DNA from: Peribolospora baueri | Taxonomy: Eukaryota | Assembly: GCA_029717555.1 (NCBI GenBank) | Contig: JAMDHS010000018.1 | Location: forward strand, 186,001-250,000 | Direction: 5' to 3' | DNA: 64,000 nucleotides | Part shown: positions 25,301 through 35,373 of the stretch, in pieces | Layout: every line of letters starts with the position of its first letter | How positions within the stretch are numbered: position 1 is the stretch's first letter | The notes under the pieces: generated by a model | The model's input: only the letters and a program-made list of their open reading frames with translations | Database searches by the model: none | Told to the model about the DNA's origin: nothing | Made by a program: the position numbers and the translations under genes

Positions 25301-26477
25301 TGTCCCTAATTTTCCAGCACTTGCCCTCTTCCGTTTCGTAGATCCGCTCAAGGGTACCATAATTATCGATGGCATTGACTACACCTCGATCGGCGTAGAG
25401 GATCTTAGATCTCGTCTGACCATCGTCCCTCAAGATTCTGTCCTGTTCCGGGGCACCCTTAGGGAGAACCTGGTGCGTGCACCCGCGTGTCTCGGGGGCG
25501 GGGCGGTAAGCTTACGTGCGCCTGACTGACTTGGTCACCGTCTCCACAGGATCCTTTCGGAGAGCACGACGATGCCGAACTCACGGACGTGCTCCTTCGC
25601 ACACAGCTTGTCCAACAAAGCCAACTCCAGAGCCGCAACCCGAGTCGCCCCACGTCCAAACCAGCCAGCGTGCGGGGGCTCTCTCTCGGTGACGCGGCCC
25701 TGGCCTCGGACACTTCTTCCACCGTCATCGATGCCAAAGGCGCGCTGACCTTGGACTCCAAGGTCAGCGAAGGTGGTGGAAACTTTTCGCAGGGCCAGCG
25801 GCAGTTGGTGTCTTTGGCGAGGGCGTGAGTAGTCGAGGACCGGAAAAAAGGAGATGCGCTCGACGAGGCTGTTGACGTTCCTCCTCTCGCATGTGCCCTC
25901 GACGGATCAGTCTCCTTCGCAATTCCAAGATTGTCGTCCTCGACGAGGCCACGTCGTCCGTCGACTTCGCCACGGATGCAAAGTAAGCATATCGACGAGA
26001 TACGTCATGATGGCCCATGCTTCATGCTTCACGCTGACATGTTCTGGTTCCACTTAAACTAGAATTCAGCAGGTCATGCGGGATGAGCTCGCCGGTACCA
26101 CCGTGCTCACGATCGCCCACCGGTACGTTGAGATGCCGTCACGCCGCTCCCATCTCTCCCTTCAGCTCACGACCTTCCTTTGTTTTTCTCCTTCCTTCCA
26201 CACTCAGACTTCGCACCATCATCGATTTCGACAAGGTGTTGGTTTTGGACGCCGGCCGGGTCGTCGTGAGTCCTTCGCTCGTGCCTGTCCCCGTTCTGCG
26301 TGTCCGTCGGAAAAAAGGCCATTCACGTGTGGATGCCCCGCCCCTCCTTGCCAGGAATTCGACTCGCCCTACAACCTGCTCAACAAAAAAGACGGCGTAT
26401 TCAAGTCCATGTGCGAGAAATCCGGCGACTTTGTCGAGTTGCTACAACTGGCCGAGGCATCGACGGGCCGATCGTAA
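19372..26477 (+). CDS. ABCC/MRP-family ABC transporter (Ybt1/Vmr1-like), many introns
   Basis: N-terminal TM extension; TMD1 ([14 protein letters not shown]); NBD1 [56 protein letters not shown]2 [34 protein letters not shown]2 [31 protein letters not shown]; stop TAA 26477. Confidence 0.95.
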
Positions 26478-26760
26478 CCGTCTTACACGTACGGTTTCCG
26501 ACGTGTCTTACTACCCCTTTGTATAATGACATTGACCGCGTCAAGGAGGAGATCCTGGGCGTGCAGTGCAGGCTTGGAATAGAGTCACGGAGGGTGTTGG
26601 AAATAGACATCTCTTCAAAGTGCATGGAAGCAAAGCCTTCGAGTCAAAACAAGCAAGGCAACGTGACGAAGAGCCAGGCGAGCCAGTCCGCCCCATCTCC
26701 AGTCTTCGACCAAATGATCAACGGGTCGCCGCCGCCTCCCCGCCGCCCGGCTCTTGTAGC

Positions 26761-26836
26761 TGTTATTGTTATTGTTATTGTTATTGTTATTGTTATTGTT
26801 ATTGTTATTGTTATTGTTATTGTTATTGTTATTGTT

Positions 26837-26875
<39 letters not shown>

Positions 26876-26894
26876 GCTGCTGCTGCTGCTGCTG
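26761..26894 (-). repeat. Compound microsatellite, minus strand (CAG)6(CAA)13 then 13 TAA alternating with CAA
   Basis: Plus strand (tgttat)13 at 26761-26838, (ttg)13 at 26838-26876, (ctg)6 at 26877-26894. Confidence 0.97.
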
Positions 26895-28704
26895 CTCTTT
26901 CAACCTCTTCACGACCCTAATCTCGCTCTCCACCCTATCCAACTGCTTCTTGATCTCCAAAGCAGCCGTCACGGCCCCCAGCAAGTTCTCCCACTTCTCC
27001 ACGTTGGAGCGAGTGGGGAACACCAGCCTCGGTCCGACGCCCAGTTCGGCTAGCATCTGATCGGCTCGAGCGGAGACGGCCGCCTTGGGGGTGAGCATGC
27101 GAGCGGAGCGGATGTAGGCGCCATGGGAGGCGTGAGCGGCGGTGGAGTTGCTGACTGGCGGGGCGGTCGAGGGCGTGCCCATGAGGTGGGGAGGGGTGGG
27201 ACGCGGGCTAGCCAAAGCGGCGTTCGGGTCGAAACGCGTGATGCCATGGAGAGCGTCTGTCGGCGGGCCCACAAAAGCGGTGAGGCAAACGAAACCAAAT
27301 CAGTTGGATGTTGAGCGCCGTTCTCGCTCCATGGACACCCTTGCCCTTGCACTCACCCTGAGCTGCCTGCTTTGCCGCTTCCTTGGCCTTTCTCGACGAG
27401 CCCTGCCCTGCGCCAGAAGTAGCACCAGCTCCGCCACCAGGCTCTACGCTTCCGTCCTCCAACTTCCTCTTCTTCTTCGACTTGTCCGCCGAGGCCGCCT
27501 GGGCCTGCGCGCCCGCCTGAGACATTTGACCGCTTGCGCTCGGAGGCAAACTCTCCCACCCTCCAAGCAGACGAAGCAGCTCCTCGCGCTCCTGCGCAAA
27601 CGTCTTTTCTTGTTGTTCCAGCCGTCGTGCTTCGACATAGAGGGCCTCCTCCTCGGCTATTTGAGCAGGTGAGCGGGTGAAGAGACGCGCGAGGTATTTC
27701 TTACGCTCCACTTCTCGCTCTGTCACGGTCAAGTCCAGTAGATAAACAGTCAAACGGAGAGTCGTGGGACAGTCAGTACTTTGGTAGTCAGATACAGGCG
27801 AAGAAAGATCGATCGGACTCGGGTGGAGCACCCACGTTTGTCGAAGGAATATGAGCTCAACAGCGCGCTTCGTGACGCGGGGTCATCCATAGAAATGCGC
27901 GTTCGAATGAGTTTGCGACAGATCGAGTAGTATCGAGCTTTCAGATCCTGTCGTATGGTACCGCATCAGAGATCGGTCAGCTTGAGAAGAGCGTGACCGC
28001 GTCGCGGACCGGTCGAATGCATACCTCCACGCTCCTCTCCTTGCCGCCAGGAAAGTCCCACCGGTCATGTATGACGACGAAACGGAGATCATACGTGTGA
28101 CACAGGTCGAACAAGTGGTCCGTCTCCTCCTTGCTCCAATCGTCGTCACGCAACAGAGAGTTGTACTCTTCGGTCGAGTAAGAGTACGCGCCCGAGGCGG
28201 TGTTGAACTTGACGAAAGGGTACTCTGTTAATGCACCAACGATACGGTCAGTATATTACAGCAAACGAAAAAGGGGATGATGATGGGAGGGAACTCCGGC
28301 CTCACGTTCGCGTTGCTCGTCAGTCGTCCGTACCCAGTGCTTCAGCTTGAGGCCGTCTGATCGAGCTTGGTTCTCGAATTCCTTCCATTCCCTATCGAGC
28401 CGAGCGGAGCGCCCTAAGCGACGGTCCGCGAATAGCGACGAACAGATAATCAATTCATATTCATCACCCACCATTTAACCTTCTTCTCTCCGAACTTGGG
28501 CTTGGCCTTGAACTTTTTCTTTTGCACCTGGGCCGCTAGGGCCAAGCTGGGGGCGTTGTCGCCGAGGAGGGCGTACAGTTCACGAGAGATGCCCTCGGGT
28601 TTTGGCGCGCGAGACGCGGAGGGTCTTGGGCGCAGAGCGGAGGGGCCGGGAGCGGTGGAGGAGGAGGGGAGAGAGAGGATGTCGCGGACGTCTGACGAGG
28701 TCAT
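26835..28704 (-). CDS. SWC4: SWR1/NuA4 complex subunit Swc4 (DMAP1/Eaf2), SANT domain
   Basis: MTSSDVRDIL, KPEGISRELYALLGDNAP, EWKEFENQARSDGLKLKHWVR, YPFVKFN, DWSKEETDHLFDLCHTYDLRFVVIHDRW, EREVERKKYLARLFTRSPAQIAEEEALY, LVFPTR; polyQ then TAA at 26835. Confidence 0.95.
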
Positions 28705-29144
28705 GGTGGATGCGGCGGTTGGAGTTGGTGGTCATGAATAGGGATCAAGTTGGACCGCTACCCAGGTTAGGTTGGTCGATCGTCGGCTGCGGCTCCCTCA
28801 GCAACATCCCGCCCGTCGACGAGGCCCGGCCGACCGTGGCTCTTGCTGCTCACCACCATCGCGTGCTTCGCTTGGCTCCCAGCGCCCATGGCTAGTCTCC
28901 CAGCGCGTCTCGAACGAGAATAGGCCTGTTACGTCCTTTGGTCCTTTGGTGAGCTCGAGTCTGGGGCAAGGACAACGGGAGTCGGCCTGACCTGGGGCCT
29001 TTTGTCCTCTTTCCGCTACCGCGCTACGTGACGCAGAAATTGGACGGATGACGGCCGAAGCTCTTGGCGACCTTCGTTAGTGAATCCCGCTTTCAGCCCG
29101 GTTTGAACGTCGGTAGTCGCATGGTTCGATGCGTTTACCTGCAG

Positions 29145-30937
29145 TCGGAGCTTCGAGCCGCGGGCGAGGAAGCTCAGGTGTGAGTGGCAGGGATGCGGCA
29201 GGATACTCGGAGGATATGAGACGTTGTTGAGGGTGAGCATGGCCGCTTCTGCTCTTTTGCAATACGATAAAACTTCTTTGACCTTCTCGGCTGACTGTTT
29301 GCTATTGCTCCGAATCTCGCTCTTCTTGGTTTAGCACATTGTCAGATTGCACGGCACCCTGTGACGAGCGACGGTTGGGTGAGTTGGAGAGCGCGTTTCC
29401 AATGATGCCTGCCTCGTAATCCCCTCGTTCGCCTTGTATCCTGGAACTGAGCCAATATGCCTGTGGTGAACCGCATACTTTTGCCAACCGAATCTAGCCA
29501 TTGGACGCATGCCGGTGGAACACCTGCGCGCACAGGACCTTCGACACGGCCGAGACTCTCAAGCAGCATGTTGAGTCCAAGCACCTTGGCAGCGTCAAAG
29601 AACGTTGTCCTTTCGCGAGTGAGCATTTTGATCTTTTCGCTCACATAATACCGGTCGATCCTTTAGGACAAATGGCTCATGCGTAGACCTCTCATCATCT
29701 GCCCGGGAAGCCTGCGCCAAGGCCTTTCCGAACGTCCCCTCCTTGCAAGCCCATATTAGGGTCTTTCACAACGTCAACGAAGAACCTCTGAAGCCATGCT
29801 TGCGACCACGTCACCCCTCGCCCACGCGCGCACAACCCCCGCCGTTACCTAGAGACGTCGTCGAGAGTTGGAGGCACACCACCGGCAGAGCAGAAGCCTC
29901 CGTCGTACCCAAAGGCACGTCTATGTTTCGTTATCCAGCGATGAGACTGTCGTACTTAATCTGGTCTGACCCCTCGCATCACATGTACGCGTCCGCGCAT
30001 GTCGACAGAGCTGAAACGCCAATTGTCAGGCCGAATCCTCGCCACGCCCTCCGAACCGATAGCGAGGCAACGACGCTCCTCGACGCCGGTAGACAGCCAA
30101 GGATGTTCGCCCATCGCGAGCACTTCCACGAGAAGCACGCCCTTGAGGACCAGTACGAACGAATGGTACAACAGCCCAGACGCGCCGACCGCCTCGTCGA
30201 GCCGTATGTCGGACGACGACTACGGTTTGTCTGTTGGAAGCGGCGCGAACGAGGACTCGGATGCAGGCTCCCCTCCCCCCGTCGACAGCTCTGAGCATTT
30301 CTGGTCTAGCTTGGAAGACGTAGACGAATGGCTCTACTCCGAGTACTTCGGCCTCACCAAGCGTCAGCTCAAGGCGTGGCACGCTCTGCGCTGGCCCCGC
30401 CGGGACGTTACGCCTCCAAGCGCCGGTTCCGTGCACCCGAAGAGGCAATTCACGATCAGTCGGAGGAGGCACGAGCCTTTCGATCACGTCGTCAGGACGG
30501 GCTTCCCCGTCGCCGTTGGGGTTCCCGAGGAGGCGAGATCCAAGTTGAGGCCACGACAACCGAACGTCGACGTCGTCATCCCCATCTCCAAGCGTGGACG
30601 AGAGTTGTCGACGGCCGATCGGAAAGGCAAGGGAAAAGCACCCGAAGGAGGAGTGAAGACGTTTGTGACGACGGAGGTCAACGATCAGGGCCACGTCAAA
30701 GTTCCGAATGCCAGCGACGGTACCGACGCTGGAGACGGACAGCGTTCTGGCGGTCAAATGTTCTCTCAGCAGCGCCTGACGACGAGAGGCATCGGCCTCG
30801 CGGGCATACATCGCGACCACAGCAGCGGGGAGTTCTATGTGGACGTGCCCCGGCCATCGATCAAGCGACGGGCGATAGGCTTCGATGCTTGGAAGCAGAC
30901 TATGGAGAGCATGTTTCGAAGACGAAGGACACAGTGA
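29145..30937 (+). CDS. C2H2 zinc-finger protein (three fingers, tandem CWCH2-like); 5' end unresolved, reading frame broken after finger 1
   Basis: Spliced fingers CEWQGC-x12-HIVRLH, CRWNTC-x13-HVESKH, CPFATC-x12-HIRVFH; long final exon 30009-30937; in-frame TGA at 29362 in a 44-nt exon. Confidence 0.6.
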
Positions 30938-31533
30938 GGGAGGAGAGGATAAGGGTGGAGAGGACGAGAGGATAATGGCTGGAGGAGCGGTAGCATTGAC
31001 GTCGATACCGGCGTCGAGCTCGGGCTAGAGCATAGGGGCTCCCAAGGGGGCTCAGGAGCACGGCACCGAAGGGGGGGGGGGGCGGCACGACCGCGGAACG
31101 TGATTGTCGTCATAGACGACTCGCCGCCGACGAGGCAAGCGAGGCTCCCCGAGACGGAGACAAGATAGTCTTCCTCACGAGCTGGCGCAGGATGCAGTTG
31201 AGTGGACCGTCCGGTCTCTGTTTACCGCACAGACGGTGAACACATGCACGCGCCGTTTTGCTTGCGTAGCTGCGCGGACTTTCGGCGAAGGGGGTGTGGT
31301 GTATGGGGATGGCTCCGACCCCGCTAAGAATCGTCGTCGTGGGCCAGCCGGGTGGCCAGTTGCAACCCTCCCCCTCCCCCCTTGTCGTCTGCCATCTCCT
31401 TTCGAGTCTCTTTCCGTTTGCCGCATTCTATTCGCATCTTCACTCATTCGGATCGTGTATATCCGCTCACCCAGTTCCGTGCCCCGCTGGAGGAGGGAAG
31501 ACATAAGGGGGGGGGGGGTATATTATTGCCTTA

Positions 31534-32789
31534 TCACTTTCGGGGAGAGTTTTTGACTCTCGCATAGAGCCATTGTACCGCTTCTCGGATACCTCGCCTT
31601 GAGAACATGGGAGATAGGGAAGAAGGGTAGAGCGAGTGGGTGTCAGATATGGCTGCCAATACAAGCCTCGGCTAGGTGGGCCACGTTGGTCAGAGACCGT
31701 TCTGCCTTAGTCGAACCAGAGGTATGTACGAGGAAGCGGGAGAGAAAGATCGAACGCTGGCGACTCACCCCTCCAGAGCACTGACGCCCATGACGTGCAG
31801 CTGACCGCCGACGCCGAACTCTCTGCTCCTCCGCCTACCCTTCGAGCCACCGCCGCCGCCGCCGTCGCTCATCGAAGACTGACTGCCGGAATCGATGAAT
31901 GCGCGGCCTTGGTCCTCTTCCCAGTCGTCGTTCCAATCGTCTTCGGCGTCCATGGCTCTAGCCTTGCCCTTGCCCTTGTCCTTCTCCCCCGCCCTGGCCT
32001 CTACCCCGTCCTCCGACTCTCTCCTCCTCCGATGATCGCCAATCCGATCCTCGCCCGCAGAAGGAGCATCAACCTCGGCAGCGAGTCGATCCCTCTCTCG
32101 TATGCGGGCATTGAAAAACTCCTTGATCTCGGCTACGGGCAGGGCGGAGGGATTGTCTTGCTTGTTGGCGAGGACGAGGGTGGGAAGGAGGGAGGACACT
32201 GGGTGAGTTAGGACGGACTCTGGAGTCCGTCCGTCGCGCGTAGGGGAGAAGGAAGTAACATGCCGAGGAGAGGGAGATGATTGAGCGTCGAGTAAAGAAA
32301 AGGCGCGCTGCTGCCCGCCGCCTTGGCAACCCACTCACCGAACACCTCCCAACACTCCACGAGCCTCTCTTCATCGCAGCTGTCTACAACGTAGCACACA
32401 GCGTGACAGTCATCGTAATACTTGGACCAGATGGGGCGGATCTCTGACTGGCCCCCCAGGTCCCAGAATTGGAGATAGGACGAGGGGAGAGTAATCTTGC
32501 CGACTGCGGGTCGTTGAAAAAAAAGAGTTGTGGTGGATAGACGGTCAGTCGGATCTTCTCCAAAGACCGATCGATGGCTGTCTCGCCCTGTCTCCTCGTC
32601 GGGCGGCTCACTGTTTTGCCCTACAGTGGGGCCGATGCGACTAGGGTCGACGGCGGGAGTCTCGTTGTAGATGCTCTTGATCTTCTCCAAGAGGGTGGTC
32701 TTGCCTGCGGCGTCGAGACCGAGGATGAGGATGGAGAACTGCTCCTTGCGGGTGAGGTACGTGTAGAACCCTGAGAGGAGGTGGTACAT
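31534..32789 (-). CDS. ARL3: ARF-like GTPase Arl3 (ARFRP1 orthologue)
   Basis: MYHLLSGFYTYLTRKEQFSILILGLDAAGKTTLLEKIK, PTVGQN, FWDLGGQ..IWSKYYDDCHAV, LANKQD, VSALEG|RGIREAVQWL; stop TGA at 31534. Confidence 0.94.
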
Positions 32790-33021
32790 GCTGAGGGAAG
32801 GAGGGGGAGAGAGAGATTTGAAGAAGGACGGAGAGGCACAGTTTGGCAGTGGACCGCCGGGGAGAGTCACGTGGCGTTGGACGACGAAATCTGGGTGTCA
32901 TTTTGAGAAGACGATCGGCCGCAGCAGCAGCAACAGCGGCACCACCACCACCACCACCACTCCTCAAAGGCAAACCCGTTCATTTCCGACACCGCACCCG
33001 ACCCGTTCACACGCTTCCCTC
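32790..33021. promoter_or_regulatory. Compact bidirectional promoter between ARL3 and SDH7 with GTCACGTG E-box
   Basis: Divergent ATGs at 32789 and 33022 (232 bp apart); GTCACGTG at 32866-32873. Confidence 0.5.
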
Positions 33022-33962
33022 ATGCGCCCCTCACTCCGTCGGTGGGCAGACAGCATCGGCGGCGCCAAGCCGCTCACCGCCAAGGAAGTCAAGGGGGCTT
33101 TGTTGCCACCGATCCCGTGAGTTGAGGTGGACGGACGGTGGTGCGCGCCACGAAGACGGACGGGACGTCGCTCTTTGAAGCGGAATGATGAGGTTTCCGG
33201 CAGACTACTGACCCTCTTCTCTCTCACACCCATCTTGAATGGCGTTTCTCTCTTTCTTTTTACGCTCATATTTCCCTCCCCCCGCCCACCAAAAGTCTAT
33301 ACCGTGCCCTATTGCGAGCACATCGCAAGCTTCCTTACGAGATGCGATCGCTGGGCGACGCGTACGTCAAGGACGGTGTGTATGCTTTTCCCGCCGTGGG
33401 CGTGTGGCGAGGAGTGAGCCTGCTCGTACCATCTGGCGGCTGACGCCTGTGATCTCTCTCCTTCTCTTCATTCGTCATCTATGCTTCGTCGCGAATGCCG
33501 CACAGAATTCCGACGGCACCGGACGACGGACAATCCGTCGCACATCATCGGTTTCTTATCACAGTGGAAGGTGTACCTAGACGGACTGCAGGAGAGTCAA
33601 GGGACGCCAGGGAAGAGGCTAGACCCGGCGATACTGGAAAAGGTACGTGGGAGATGGAAGGGCACGGCGGCGGGAGGCTGGGCAGGCGTTGATCGTGATG
33701 CGGGTCTCTGGCTTTCTTCCTTGACGCCTCTTTGGTCGCCCAGCTCTCGGATCAGCAGGTGGGGCAGCTCCACGAGCTCCTGACGGCCAGTCGGGACATC
33801 TGGAAGCCGCCGTCAGCAGAGGATCTGGCGGCGGCCGAGGCGTTGCGGGCGCAGGGACGGGAGAAGGAAGCGAAGGCGCTGGAGTCAGGGAGGAAGGAGA
33901 AGAGGACGGGGGGGAGCGAGGAGATAGCGGAGAGGGTGCTGGGGATGCGAGGCCGGGAGTGA
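33022..33962 (+). CDS. SDH7: Succinate dehydrogenase assembly factor 3 (Sdh7/Acn9, LYR protein)
   Basis: [78 protein letters not shown]; 4 exons. Confidence 0.93.
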
Positions 33963-34657
33963 TTTGGTTTCGAGCGTGGTCAGCTAATAGATTTATAAGT
34001 CACTGTGTGCGACGGCAGAAGTAGATGCGATGCGGCGCTGGGTGCCTCGTCGGTATAACAAGGGTGTATTGCATGTACCTATGGCGGGGATAGGATAGGA
34101 TTGGGGCCCATTGGAGGTTTGTCGGACGAGTGTCCTTCCCTCCTTCCTTCCCTCCTTCCTTCCAATCAAGAAAGGAAGGACGGAGGGACGGAAGTGACCG
34201 TGCGCCGAAGGAAGGCGTGTGAGACATGCGGGGGGAGATGGAGAGATAGGACAGTTAGACCGGGATCGGATCGGGTCGGGTCGTCCGAGGTGGTGTGGTG
34301 CCGGGAGGGTGCGAGGATGGGAGGCAGGCAGGACGTCGCCGTGGTGGTCGCCATGGTTGGTCGTCGTCGTGTCGCGTCGCGTTTTCATGTGGCCCAGCTT
34401 GGCTTGGCTTGGTTTGGCTCCGACCGTCTTCGCTTCCGATCCCACGCATTGCTCCGCCTCTTCTCTCCTTCTCTTCTCCTTGCCTCCCGCTCCCCGTCTT
34501 CCCTTCGTTTCATTTCCGCCGTCGCCGTCGCCGTCGCAGTCACTGTCACCGTCGCCTATGGCTGGCAACCCGGTCGGACGCCGGGTCGACGGTTCCGTCG
34601 GCGGCGGCGGCGATGGTTGGAACGAGCTAAGGAGGCACTCAGAAGGCGCGGTGGGAG

Positions 34658-34779
34658 CGCGGATCGCCGCGGATCGCCGCGGATCGCCGCGGAAAGCGGG
34701 TTAGGCGGCGGCTGCAGAGTGTTGAAGTGTCGATTACGGCGTGTGCTAACGTGACCGCAGTCTGACCGCAGTCAGACCG
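34658..34779. repeat. Short tandem arrays (CGCGGATCGC)3.6 and (TGACCGCAGTC)2.5
   Basis: Read directly at 34658-34693 and 34752-34779. Confidence 0.9.
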
Positions 34780-35373
34780 GCCTGGCACGCGGGCGCGTGT
34801 GGCTTCTAGCTGACCGCTAATTCGGGATCACTCCCACCTCTCTTTCTTTTCTCTCTCTTCTGCCCCTCATCGCTTTCTTTTCTCTTCCACCACCTCCTCG
34901 CTCCCTTCCCCTTGCCGAGCGCACCACCTCTTCCTCCCTCGCGAGCACCAGCCCGCAAGCCGGGCAAGCCAAGCGAGCGAGCGCAACTCCTTCCTTCGCA
35001 CTTTCGTTCCTGAGAACGTCAGCCCTCATACCCGCAGCCGCTCGGCATATATCCACGCCCACGTCCACGTCCACGCCCGCCGCCGCCCTCGCACAACCAC
35101 AACCACGTCGCAACGCTTCTCCATCGCAAGCGCAACCCGCTGAGCAGCCCACCCTCCTTCATGTCCCACTGACCCTGACCCTGCCCACCGCAGCCCACCG
35201 CCTTCGTCGCTCGCACCCTCCTCTTCCCCTTCGATCGGAACGCCCACGTCGCAAAGTCCAAGTCTTCCCCGCCGTCTTCTTCTCCACCTTCGTCCCCTCC
35301 CAGTTCTCCTCTTCTCCCTCCTTCCTCTTCGTCCGCCTCTCCTTCTTCCTCTTCTGTCATCGCACCGACCGTC

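Noticed and set aside
26761..26838. TAA/TAG-to-Gln genetic code reassignment, suggested by CAA/TAA alternation in polyQ and ATG-TAA in the transposase
   Set aside because: Conserved exons across the window contain no in-frame TAA/TAG, and the ABC transporter (TAA), formin (TAG) and TTL (TAG) end at these codons in plausible positions; C-to-T mutation plus slippage explains it.
26300..27060. Plus-strand ORFs with (CY)n/poly-C, poly-L and (VI)n tracts
   Set aside because: Translations of the microsatellite antisense to SWC4; no independent coding signal.
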